DNA of 64,000 nt, taken from NCBI GenBank assembly GCA_946965045.2, contig OX337231.1, positions 372,001 through 436,000 on the forward strand, in the 5' to 3' direction. Position numbers and translations under genes: made by a program. The notes under the pieces were generated by a model that did not search any database, was not told the origin of the DNA, and saw only the letters and a list, made by a program, of their open reading frames with translations. Shown piece after piece: positions 49,091 through 60,065 of this stretch (positions within the stretch are counted from its first letter, which is position 1; every line of letters begins with the position of its first letter). Source of the stretch: Epithemia pelagica (lineage: Eukaryota > Protista > Bacillariophyta).

Positions 49091-49500
49091 TTGCGACACT
49101 ACTAACTGGTAGCGTCCGAATTCTGAAATGTCGACCAATCGTTCGAAACCAGTCGCTGCGTCTACTCGAGACCCGATAAAACAGTAGGGTCCGTTTCGTG
49201 GACCTTTTTTTTCCAATTCCGCGGGCGTTCTGGCACTGGACCCCTCACTATGTATGCCGGGAAATCCGGCACCCCTATGGCATGAATCCCAATTGCTCGT
49301 TTAGGCGGATTCGGGAGATTCACATGCAGTAAATAATAAGCTGTCGTCGTTTTCACAACATGAACGTTTGTGGTGTACAAATGACGAGAACGACGGAGAG
49401 GGCCCGATAACCAACCTTCTTTCAATAAAATAGAGTCGGATGGTGGTACGTACCAAAGAACATACCAATGGCCAACACAACGGCACCGTGCTACGGATCC

Positions 49501-49644
49501 GTTCTGTACGAGAATGACTTACGTACAGTCTCTCTTCTGCCATGCTGTGCCCTGGGTTGTTGTGGGGGCGGTTCTGTACGAGAATGACTTACGTACAGTC
49601 TCTCTTCTGCCATGCTGTGCCCCGGGTTGTTGTGGGGGCGGTTC
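49501..49644. repeat. 70-bp tandem duplication
   Basis: gttctgtacgagaatgac...gttgttgtgggggcg twice, one mismatch. Confidence 0.95.
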
Positions 49645-49793
49645 GGTTCATTCCACCACTACAATCATTTGTCTTTTTCGTGTCGGAAGTGATTACAAGG
49701 CCAGTAAACCTTCCAAGACATCTTGTTCTTCGGGTGTAATTTTGGCCAAATCGGACAATTCTCGTGATTTAGGATTTCAATATATAACGAGGG

Positions 49794-49910
49794 TAGGCTG
49801 CTTAGGGCACGAGTGCCGTTACAGCTGTTGGCGCACGAGTGCGTGCAGCTTCAGCTGCCGCACGAGTGCGCCAACAGCTGTAACGGCACGAGTGCCCTAA
49901 GCGTAGCCTA
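49794..49910. other. 117-bp quasi-palindrome with four GCACGAGTGC motifs
   Basis: Motifs at 49807, 49833, 49860, 49886 (spacing 26/27/26); the intervening segments are mutual reverse complements. Confidence 0.9.
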
Positions 49911-50134
49911 GCCTCAGTTAAAAATGTAATTATACAGTGTCGATACTTTATTCCAAAGTAGACCGAGTGCTATTATTCTAGTAGTCGCTATTTGCTATCC
50001 CCAGTAGAAATCCTCTAATGTTCCTCTAGTATTCCTTGGCATCAAGTTTTCCTTGGCATCAAATTCTATGCGTGACGCGTGACACAATTCAAATTTCCAC
50101 ACTATGGTGTATAGTCTAACATTATTTTCTATAG

Positions 50135-50567
50135 TAGGGCTTGCGCTCACGCCAGCTTGGAATTTGCCTCCGGACCACATTTGCACCCTCATTCTTCTGC
50201 CAAAACAATCAAACAGCAGGGAAACACTCACCATGGCATGTTGGCGCGATGTGGACTACCTAATACCCTACGCGGACAGCTACGACACTATGCATTGACT
50301 ACGCTTGCCAACACTCCGGGGATGAATCCGTCTGAAATTTCCCGCACGGCACGCCATAAGTCCCTTACATCTCAAGCAGCTTACATCCGTGTGAATCGTA
50401 CAAGTGAGGTGAATCGTGCTTCTGCTCTCACTGGGGTCTTGGCTACGAATGCTCCCAAGACTGGAGATGCCATCCCACAACCCAGTGGACACGGTCCTCA
50501 GCCGCCGGTGCGAAACCCCTACATTCGTCCTTCGCAGAGCGCTTCTGGTCCAGTCTATCCTCTTTGA
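50135..50567 (+). pseudogene. Crypton-like tyrosine recombinase C-terminal exon (5' part missing)
   Basis: CTAAC branch point + ttttctatag acceptor, then GQLRHYALTTLANTPGMNPSEISRTARHKSLTSQAAY (H-x-x-R-like, RH, Y) and SEVNRASAL. Confidence 0.6.
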
Positions 50568-51345
50568 GAATTTAGACGTGTAAGCGTGCCTAGATAGTAG
50601 ATCTAGCCTTGACCATATTCTTCCAGTGCCATTACACGTGATCAAGACTAAAAATTACTAGAATAATGACACTGGACGATTTTTACTTAGAGACCAGTGG
50701 CGACTACTAGAATAATAGCACGAGTCTACTTAGAAAAAAGTATCGTCATAGCATAGGCAGCACTTGGTACCCCAAGTCGCGCGCATGCATCTCTTTTGGG
50801 CTGTCTCGACCATCTCAGAAGCCCAAAAACTCACTATAGGCGAAACAGTGCAAAGAGTTTTTAGTTAAATACAACCCGATCCCAGACCCAAAAACCACTC
50901 TTGAGCATCTCCTCTCCATTGGATGCCCAAAACGAAGTCCATTGTATCCATGTAACGCTGATGTAAGTATCCAAAATCCTTCGTCTATGTATCTCCTTTG
51001 GATTCCCGGCCTTAGATCAGAGTTACCGGTCCAGCATTCGTGTTGCAAAGCCCAACGGAAACCCCCTCCAATTTATGAGAATAGAACCACTGCCGTGCTC
51101 GGCCTCCTCCCGAGCTGGACCATTCGTAACATTACTTTATATATATCTACGAAGACAGCATACACCACTTAGTCGCACATTAATCGACATTTCTAAACTC
51201 TCCCTTTCTTATCCTAACGATTGGGCCTCTCTCTCATCTTTTGAGAGATGGACGAATGTAGAATGACCCCTCCCTTGTCTCTTTTACCTACAAGGCATAG
51301 AAGCACTGTTTTGGTTGTCACTGATCTTATTGGATCCAAGCAACC

Positions 51346-54300
51346 ATGGCTCCTCAGCCAAAAGATGCCACACAAGGCGCCAAGGCACCTCCTGCACCCG
51401 TCCGTCGTTCCTCTCGTATCATCGAGGATCTTCCACCGTCGCCCAGCATGCAGACAAGAGCGATGAGAAGACAGAATGGAACGACGGTTGACAACAGTTT
51501 TACCGAAAAGAAGAGGATAGCAAAAATACGACATACCTTCAAGCACCACTTCAAAAAACCTTGCTCTGTCTTTGGGCTTGAACGCGAAGCCCGATACCGA
51601 GGTGGATTTTTCTTTTGCTTGAATTGTGAACATGCCGACAACAAAGAAAAGGCATCTCCACATCTCTATGTCAATCGGTTCTCGGGTCTTTATGGCTGCA
51701 AAGCGTTCCACAAGAATGTGATCTTTCCCACCGATCGCAAGACAGATGAGAAGAAACGACAAGAAAAAAAGAAACAAGAAGAAAAGAGAAAGAGGCAACA
51801 AAAGAAACTCGCTGCTCTGAAAGGACTGCAAATTGAAACATCGCCATTGAAGAAGATGAAGAAATGCAATACTCCGCCATCCCCCAGTCAAATCTCCAAA
51901 GAACCATCAACTCAATCCAGTCCATCGCCCAACACAACACCCAAGAACCTTCCCGTTGTTGCCCCACCTGACGATGCAAATTCTCCAAGACCGTCATCAC
52001 CTCAAGTTACTGTTGAAGTTACAGACGGCCCCACCCCATCTCCCTCGAAAGATGATAGCGACAAGAAAGAAGCTGTCTCAACAAGGTTGACACCGACTGC
52101 GGAAACTGGGGCACGTACCCCCACAGAAATGGCAGAAACAGTCGGAATGTACTCCATTCCGTCGAATCTCTCTCACCTTGATGACAACGACGATGGAATT
52201 GAATCAGACCGTGTTCCTGACGATGATTTCCTTCTTGATTCCATAGATAATCCTGATGTATCTTTAGTCAACTCCCGCAACCCCTCTGATCCAACTCGAG
52301 GAATGACCATTCCACAGATCTTGGATAGAGAAGAGAGTTCCATTGCTCCCACTCCAACCTCCCCGGACCAGCAAGAAGAGGAACGAAAGAAGTACACTGT
52401 TTCTCTTGTAAATGGACTTCTCTTGCAAGTTGAATCATTGAAAAAGAAACTTTCCAAAGAAGGTGAGAAGAACGCAACTCTCAAACGTCGTCTACAAGAA
52501 CAACGGTCCAAGAACAAAGCCCGACTTGACAGGATCTATTACCTCGAGAAACGCGTCCAAACCAATAGCTCTAAGGAGCTAAAGATTGTTCCAAAGAGTA
52601 TTTCCAACGAGGAGAATGCCGAAATGATTGTTCGGCACATCAAGGAAGTGATAAAGGCATCTGTCAAGAACCACCAGATTGGAAGCCAGCGTTCGGACAA
52701 ATTTTTTCGGATGCTCACTAACATGCTCATGAAGGACAACCTTCATGGCACACAGGCACGCGATATAATTGTAAAAGCTGTATCAAAACATTTACGTGAT
52801 ACATGTTTTTCTCCCTTCAATCTTCTCCGTGAGATGGACATGAGTGGAGGTGTTCTGAGCTTATCCGGTTTGGAACTACTTCGGAAATGCGAGACCAATG
52901 GGAAAAAGGGAAAGCATACTCTAATCCCCAGTGCAGCAGCGATGAAGAAAGCCCAACAAGAAATAGAAAACTTCGCCGACAGTATTGTTCCGTTCCATAC
53001 CATCCGTAACACCAAAGATTGTTCGGAGGGATTCATCTTTCGTGGTGCAGACGCAATGACTGGAATTCTCCGGACGAACAATGCTTTGGATGGTCCGGCA
53101 AAGGAGCGAGAACACACTGTTGCCTCTACAATGGATGGGGCTGGTCTTACGAGATCTCTCCAACACACTCTAGGGGGATTCAAGTACAACGACGATTCAA
53201 ACCCGCTTCAACGATCCCAGGCGGCTTGTGTACCTACCTGCTGCATCATTGGTCGAGAGAAGAAGAACACGGTACGAGGAATATTCTCTCGGGTTTTGAA
53301 GGAAAACAAAGAGGCTGCGGAGAAGGTCCTACCAAAAGCCTACGGCATCAAGAAAGTGTACAATCCACTAAATGCTGACATGGCATGTGACATGAAAGTA
53401 GCCGACAAAGGAGGTGCGGTCAAGGTAGCTAAGTTCCCTTGCGCGAAATGCCACATATCGAGTGACAACCTGACCAAAGGTCTAGGTTCACCCGAAGATT
53501 GTAAGTGGTGTGAGCATATGGGATACACCGAAACGGAAGAGGACTGGGTCTGTCGCCACTTTCCAATCTGCACTGGAGACTACGTGAGTGTACGCAAAGA
53601 AGAGATGGACAAATATGAGAAAGACATGCCGCATGTCACTAAACAGATTGAGACTATTTGGAAGAAATCTAAAATCCACATGACCAAGGCTATGGATCCA
53701 CGAATGCCTGATGACGAACTACAGAGAAGCACGATCACGTCCATCCATTTTGATGTCTCGTCAGCGTCCCAACAATCCAAGACAAAGTACTCTGGTTTCT
53801 ACGAAAAGACCTGGAACTCCGGAAGTTGTCGACATCGGGAGATGTTCTCCAACGTCAAGAGAGACTCCGAAAGCAATTGATCTCCGAATGGCAGTACGTG
53901 GATTGTTGCGACTGCTTGCGTCTATTCGGGAAAGGATCGTTGTGCACAGCATTGGTCATGGTAATGGACGCCCTACCATGCATACTGCATATGGAGATGC
54001 GAATGGGCCAGAAAATACTCACTATGTGTTTTCGAACTGGTTTGGCCAACGCAAAGAACAATCTACTTCCTTGGATTGAAATTGGTGCCCGTTCTTCGGT
54101 TGACAAGCAGTGCAAGGCATTCCTGAGGGGCGTTCAAAAATGTATCAACACAGAAGTATTGGGGACCGGTGACTTAGCCTTCCAGTTCGAGATCCCATTT
54201 GAGAACACTACAAAGACTATTGGCGTAGTCTCAATGAACAATGTCCAGATTCGGAAACTCATAGCTGACATATCCAAGTTGGTCAATATGTGTATTGTGG

Positions 54301-55010
54301 ACGTCGAGGACAAGAAGCTATGGGACAGAGGTATGGTGCACTACTCGGCGTCTTTCGATGTTCTCAAGATTCGGGAACGACTGTCGGACGAACAAATCTT
54401 CCAGTACCAGAAGCACGCCGACTTGTGGTACCGAGATTGGATCGACCTCTACGGTGACGACGGAATCACAAACTATGCCCACTACATCGGCAGTGGGCAT
54501 ATTGGGGAGTATCTGTTACATTGGCGTAACCTGACGAATCACTCTCAACAAGGATGGGAAGCTTTTAATTCTGCCTTTAAAAGCTTCTACTTCAACCGAA
54601 CGCAACGAGGTGGTGCCGTAAACAAGGGGCAGGGTCATAGGTCTCGCTTGCGTCCCATGGCACGATGGATCCAGAGACGCATGGTCTTCATGCTCGGATA
54701 CGATCTAGAAACAATGAGAGCAAAAGTCAATGCACGAACACCAGCAGAAGAAGCCAAGTTCAAGACGTGGGTGAAGGACAATGGGGGCACGATCGAGTTC
54801 GGGCAACTCAATCGAAGTCGGACAACAGATCAGGCCAATGACGATTCCAAGGAGGAGGATGACGAAGACGATAATGAAATAAAGGAGTACCAATTTGACT
54901 GGGACGTTGGGGTCGAAGTCTTGTACGACCCACGCTTGGATGACTCCAACGATTTGGATACGGACTCTGAAGAGTCCACTGACTGGGACGACGACTATGA
55001 ATCTGAGTAG
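51346..55010 (+). CDS. RAG1/Transib-like transposase (about 1220 aa), split by one frameshift near 53795
   Basis: TMDGAG (D), NADMA (D), CAKC, SAP-like DLELRKLSTSGDVLQRQERL, PCILHMEMR, and ITNYAHYIGSGH...SQQGWEAFNS, which resembles the RAG1 NYFH...EGNE segment. Confidence 0.75.
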
Positions 55011-55067
55011 AAGTGAATAATGTTTAGTAGTTACGTTTGGATCGAATGAATGGGCATTGGCGTCCAT

Positions 55068-56738
55068 CTATTTATTATACTTCTCCACAAGGGACGAAAC
55101 CCAGGATAGATCGGTAGGAAAGACCATGTCCTGAAGGCCTGATGAGATACCGTCTTTGAATCGCTTCCCTCCAACCACGGAACATCCAACAAGACAACCA
55201 TCGGAGGGATGAAGAGTACCCAAGTATTCAAATCCATCTATGCCACCTTCTTTGTCATATCGGTCGGGGTCATTCATGGTGAAGATTGTTTCTTCCTCCT
55301 TGTGGCGTAAGACATATAATTTGGATTGTGTCTTGGGGAATATCATGGAAACCACGAATTTCGAGCCATCGTGTTCGTACTCGTCGCCATAACTGACAGG
55401 GCAGTCACAAGAATCCGTGGACTGGGGTGTCGCGTCCTGAAAGAGCAAATTGGATGAAGGCATCCCAGATGTGTTGGGAGATTCATAGACAGTTGGGTTG
55501 CTCGAGTCGGTTGACGAGCTGGTTCCAGGAGTGGACTCAGCATTAGAGGCATCTTCGGGGACAGGGAAAGGACGGAAAAGAATATTGTCAGCATGGTATT
55601 CCTTGGCTCTGAGAATACAATCCAAGTGATCAGTTGGAGGAGTGGTGCGAAATTGACCACTCCTGCTCCGATCATATCGGAATCGTTGAAAGTTGGCCGT
55701 GACACGAACTTGGAAGGGCGAAAAAACCACATCAATTCGCTGTTCGTAGCAGCGACGCTTGAATTCGCTTGCCTCTTCACTACCCTTGATGACTGTCAGG
55801 AAATGCCCTCTCTTGAGGGTCACTCCGGCATCTCCATCTTGTAAAGTGGGACGAACTTCACTGGAACCATAAACCGCTGCAAAGCCTAGCATGTTGCGAA
55901 TAAAATTAAGATCAGATTGTGTCGCGAAGCGGAGAATTCCGTTTTGGAACGACATTCTGATCTTGCGACGTGTCATCTTGTCGTCGATGTCCTGGTAACT
56001 TTCAGAACCATCGACAAAATGACAAGAGAGAAACTTCATGTGAGAATTAGAAAGAATATAGATGTAGTTGAAGGTTTCCGTCGGGATGTTACCGATGGAA
56101 ACAGTCTCGGAATCGCGTCTCTCAGCTTGTCGACCTCGTCGATTCAGTGCCTTCACAAGAGCCTTGCGCAACAGAAACAGTCCGTGCCAGGTATTCTTGT
56201 GAAAGCATCTTGGTGAGGCGATGAGATTTTCGCCCAGTTTAACATTGTCCATGGGGAAGCAACAAATCTCGGAGTCTTCTACTGGCATGAGCTTTCCGCC
56301 ATCTCCGGGCTCTCCCGGCACTTGCTTGTAGCGAATGACATAGACGTTTTTGATCCCTTCAGCCCAGACATTCGAGGGAGAACCAAGTTGGGAGGGAGTA
56401 AAGCAAAACGTGGGATAGCGAATGGCGATATCGTCGTTCTGGGCTTCGTAGCGAGAGATGACGTCCCAAGACTTGTACAATTCAATCTGACGACAGCCTG
56501 TTTCGTTCTCGAGAGGTAGGAAGTCGTGCCTTGGAATGGACGGGTGACATTTCAGCTTAGTTTTCGGAAACAAAGGGTAAAACAACGACAACTTGACATT
56601 TCCGTCCCAGTGTTTGTTCAGTTGGCAAATTGTGGTGGACCATTTGTCTTGGTCCTTTAGTTTGACGTGCACGAAAGTCCCAATACGGAACACATCGTTG
56701 AACAAGGGCACGTACACAGGTCCTTCGTTCTCGTACAT
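55068..56738 (-). CDS. Transposon-associated protein of unknown function (556 aa)
   Basis: Intact, intronless, compositionally complex ORF, tail-to-tail with the transposase (57-bp gap) and inside the insertion. Confidence 0.75.
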   Translation of the reverse strand: MYENEGPVYVPLFNDVFRIGTFVHVKLKDQDKWSTTICQLNKHWDGNVKLSLFYPLFPKTKLKCHPSIPRHDFLPLENETGCRQIELYKSWDVISRYEAQNDDIAIRYPTFCFTPSQLGSPSNVWAEGIKNVYVIRYKQVPGEPGDGGKLMPVEDSEICCFPMDNVKLGENLIASPRCFHKNTWHGLFLLRKALVKALNRRGRQAERRDSETVSIGNIPTETFNYIYILSNSHMKFLSCHFVDGSESYQDIDDKMTRRKIRMSFQNGILRFATQSDLNFIRNMLGFAAVYGSSEVRPTLQDGDAGVTLKRGHFLTVIKGSEEASEFKRRCYEQRIDVVFSPFQVRVTANFQRFRYDRSRSGQFRTTPPTDHLDCILRAKEYHADNILFRPFPVPEDASNAESTPGTSSSTDSSNPTVYESPNTSGMPSSNLLFQDATPQSTDSCDCPVSYGDEYEHDGSKFVVSMIFPKTQSKLYVLRHKEEETIFTMNDPDRYDKEGGIDGFEYLGTLHPSDGCLVGCSVVGGKRFKDGISSGLQDMVFPTDLSWVSSLVEKYNK

Positions 56739-57607
56739 GGTTTAGCAGCTACTGTGTTGGATTGCTGAATGGAAAGAGTCGCAGTCAAGGCATGGAAATG
56801 GTCGTGTTGCAACAAGAATCATTATCCACCATTGGCATCCATTCGTCTAAGCCTCGGATGGTTGGTTCCGAGTACGAAGTACCGTATGAGAAATAGACAT
56901 TGGTGGGATATGTTCCACCAGAAACTGTAATAATTAAAAATGATCAAAGTGGTATTCCGGAATTCTGTGGGGTCAGGGTTACATATGAGCGCAAGCATAG
57001 CTTTTGGGTGAAAATTGGGGAAAGGCCGGCTCGAAAAGCATGTTTTGTCGGAATGGATGGGATCCCAAGTGCTCCTTATGGTGTAATTACAACACTGATG
57101 ACGATGAGAATGTTCGATGGGGTCCCGTCGGCAAGAGGCGTTCCACCGCCCGTTGTATTGATTGATTCGAGGACCATCGAACCACCGTGCTGGTGCTGGT
57201 GGTCGTGGTCGATTCGGGCATAGGAGGCACCGTGTCCTGATTCTGGTTGTGGTGGCTGCTGCCGTGAGTCTCGGAGCGTGGTCCACTCGAAAGTGTCGTA
57301 CGAGGCGGGTGTAGTGGTGCGGCAGCAGTCATTGGCTGTGGTTCTGCCATTGGTAGGGTGGGAGTGTCCACCAATGGTTGTGATCGTACGGCGGCTAGAC
57401 CCAAGGGCCAGTGTGGTACTACAATCCTCCGAACCATGTGGTGCTGCTGGTGTGGTTGTGGTGGCCGACGACGACGATTGGGGCAGTGTTGGTGGTGGTG
57501 GAAGCACCATTCGTTTTGCTTGTCATTGTCGTGGTTGTGGTAGTGTAGGGCATTGGGGAATGAACCAAACTTTCCGTGACGGCCGCCACGGGTTCTTATT
57601 GTCGTTT

Positions 57608-57720
57608 AATGGACGAAATTCATTCGGATTGGTTTGACTTTCTTCTTCTTGTTGTCCGGACCGTGGGGTGATGCCATTGGGCAGTTGCGATTCCACATTC
57701 CACAGACCTTCCAGTCATTG
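57608..57720 (-). pseudogene. Duplicated, frameshifted 5' end of the ABC gene fused to the DUF6824 fragment
   Basis: Matches 32835-32950 (MTGRSVE...PNEFRP); junction at 57607/57608. Confidence 0.85.
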
Positions 57721-58060
57721 TTGTGACAGTGTGTTCTCGTCGTCGTCACACGAATAGAATACGTAGAGACTTTGTGATGCGCGTTCCAGAACTCACACAC
57801 TCACAGCAAGAAAAGAAGCTCGATCGATGAAACTCTGTCCCACAAAATACAGGAAGCAACAAAAACGGCTGATGGTAGACTACGACGAGAAAAAAAATGG
57901 ACCATGTCGTAATCAGAGAATGGCATGACTCTTTTACGCGACTGGAATCTTACTCTCTTTCGCACGCATGACAGACACCATGTCAAGGCTCCACGCAAAA
58001 AAAGTTTCGTTTTCTGTTTCCATCACAAAAATGGCGTAAAGCGTAAAGTGAATCAACTGT

Positions 58061-59176
58061 ATGACCATGACACTGCAAGAACAAGCAAGTCAGTCGGGCC
58101 TTGTCCTTTTGAACAAGACAGCAGAATGGAATGAAAACGACTGGCCTCCTCTCAGGGGAGGATGGCGTTGCGATCATGCTTCGGTCGTACTCGATCAAAC
58201 GGTTGTCGTGTTGGGTGGATATCAACAAGGTCAAGGCGCTCTCAACTCCGTTCTTCTACTCAATTTAGCAGAACCAAACAAACAGTGGCGAGAAGGACCA
58301 CCCTTGATCAAGAGACGTGACGAACATACCGCTGTTGTGTGTAACGGAGGCATCTACGTTATGGGAGGACGCAATCTGTTGAATTGTATCGAACGGATTG
58401 ACGTTCATGATTTGCTGCAATCATCTTTAACAACCAGCACCAAGCATGCGGGAAATTGGACGACATTGAATTGTCGCTTATCAACAGAACGAAAACGATG
58501 TTGTGCTGTTGCGGTGGAAAATCGATATATTGTGGTAATGGGTGGACTCAACAGGAGGACGTTGCCGTCGGTTGAAGTTATTGATACCCGCAACCACACT
58601 GTCACTGCGGCTCCAAGCATGAACGTTCCTCGATCGTTTTGTGCCAGTGCGGTCATTGGTCACCGCATCTTTGTCGTTGGAGGCCGCAACGGTTTCGAGG
58701 ATGACAGGTTTGACTCGGTAGAGTACTTGGAATTTGCAAAGACTTGTGACAATCAGGAGACAGAGACAGTTGCTAAAGTCATTTCCTCCTGGTCCACTTG
58801 GACCACTCATTCTGAGTTGAGTCTTTCTTGCCCAGGATGTTTGTGTGCAGTGGTTGCCGTGGGATCCTGTCTGGTGGTGGCGGGAGGAAGATACGACCGA
58901 ACCGTGGAAATCTTGGATACGAACCGAAACCGCGTGTGGAATCTTCCACCAACCCAAAATCGCCATGAAGGCTGCAGTATGGTCACTGTTGCCAATCAAG
59001 TTGCCGTGATTGGTGGATGGGGCAATTCTTCCTGTGCGACATTACCACTCATGGACAAGAATTCGTGGTGTTTTCGTCGACTCTGTGAGCCTCAGCCCAA
59101 TGGATGGTATCATTCTCTGGAAGGAATGAGTAACCGAGATACTGATATTTCAACCTTCTTCACCGCGACAACATGA
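58061..59176 (+). CDS. Kelch-repeat protein (copy 2)
   Basis: Paralog of 44558-45682 with the same blade pattern; intact ORF. Confidence 0.92.
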   Translation: MTMTLQEQASQSGLVLLNKTAEWNENDWPPLRGGWRCDHASVVLDQTVVVLGGYQQGQGALNSVLLLNLAEPNKQWREGPPLIKRRDEHTAVVCNGGIYVMGGRNLLNCIERIDVHDLLQSSLTTSTKHAGNWTTLNCRLSTERKRCCAVAVENRYIVVMGGLNRRTLPSVEVIDTRNHTVTAAPSMNVPRSFCASAVIGHRIFVVGGRNGFEDDRFDSVEYLEFAKTCDNQETETVAKVISSWSTWTTHSELSLSCPGCLCAVVAVGSCLVVAGGRYDRTVEILDTNRNRVWNLPPTQNRHEGCSMVTVANQVAVIGGWGNSSCATLPLMDKNSWCFRRLCEPQPNGWYHSLEGMSNRDTDISTFFTATT

Positions 59177-59704
59177 AAATCTGAATTTGCGACAGCGAAT
59201 ATGCGACTTGGTGATTGAAATGGGCAACACGTTGCATGTATGTCATAAATTGGTGAAACTATAGAAAAATCATTTTGATCTCAAACAGTGGTCTTTTTTT
59301 CTACATGGCAATTTTTTCTATTGAGTGATCATGTGAATCCTTTTGTACTAGATAAAATGAAATCATGTTTTCGGCGTTCGGCAGAACTTGACTGTTACGA
59401 AAAGACGAACGAAAGCCATGGATTCTCATGAGGTTTCCTTGGTGAATCGTAGCCGTTTTGGTCATGTCTGCAATCATTTTACTACTACTGTGCGGCGTAT
59501 ACGAGCAAGGCCACCATGGTATTCCTTCCACCCACAAAATTACACAAACCGATGGAACCGCCATCCTGTGCACCGGGGTGGTTGTCATATGATTCTCCTC
59601 CTATGTGTGCATGTGAGAGTGGATCGCAATACAACCTACCTACTTTATAGGAATGGATTCTTCCTAGGTAGTAGAACGAAAGACTCGGTTGGAAAGTTCT
59701 ATTC

Positions 59705-59888
59705 TTTCACGACGTTGGTTCCGTGGTACTCCACAAGCGTGTCTGTACCATTCTGGTAGACGCAACGAAGGATGACTAGGACGACTGTGGGACGGTCGTG
59801 GTGCCACCATGGAAGAAAAGGCTCGCACCGAACGAAATGCCGACGACGCCAAGAGAGATGTCACCACCATTTTGACAATGGCTCGAAC

Positions 59889-59921
<33 letters not shown>

Positions 59922-60065
59922 GAAACCCGTGACTTGGCAATCGACATACTGAGTGAACACACGGTTGATTTGTGTGTCCTTCTTGTTTGTTTGTGTCGTC
60001 GTTGTGGTTGAGTTGTCCGTATCTCTCGTGGCCCAAATGGACAATCACCGATCGACACAATTCTT
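59705..60065 (-). pseudogene. 5' remnant of the STI1-domain gene (about 0.9 kb deleted)
   Basis: Matches 47095-47450; the sequence jumps from the 46170-like flank directly to the 47095-like sequence at about 59700. Confidence 0.85.

Larger units (their letters stand above)
50753..57080 (+). mobile_element. RAG1/Transib-like DDE transposon with convergent second ORF (boundaries tentative)
   Basis: Transposase + partner ORF; imperfect inverted ends gcacttggtacccc (50760-50773) and gggatcccaagtgc (57059-57072); no TSD confirmed. Confidence 0.55.
49690..57600 (-). pseudogene. Split, 5'-truncated copy of the DUF6824 gene (pieces 49690-49769 and 57090-57600) interrupted by a 7.3-kb insertion
   Basis: 49697-49769 encodes KSRELSDLAKITPEEQDVLEGLLAL*, the C-terminus of 60642-62111; 57090-57600 matches about 60745-61325. 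Confidence 0.85.

Noticed and set aside
50753-57080. Firm Transib call with 5-bp TSD
   Set aside because: Flanks of the CACTTGG ends (ggcag / ctcct) are not a duplication and the inverted match is short and imperfect, so boundaries are left tentative.
58061-59176. Kelch gene as a RAG2-like partner of the RAG1-like transposase
   Set aside because: It lies outside the insertion (host sequence resumes at about 57090), belongs to the duplicated host block and has no PHD finger; proximity is coincidental.
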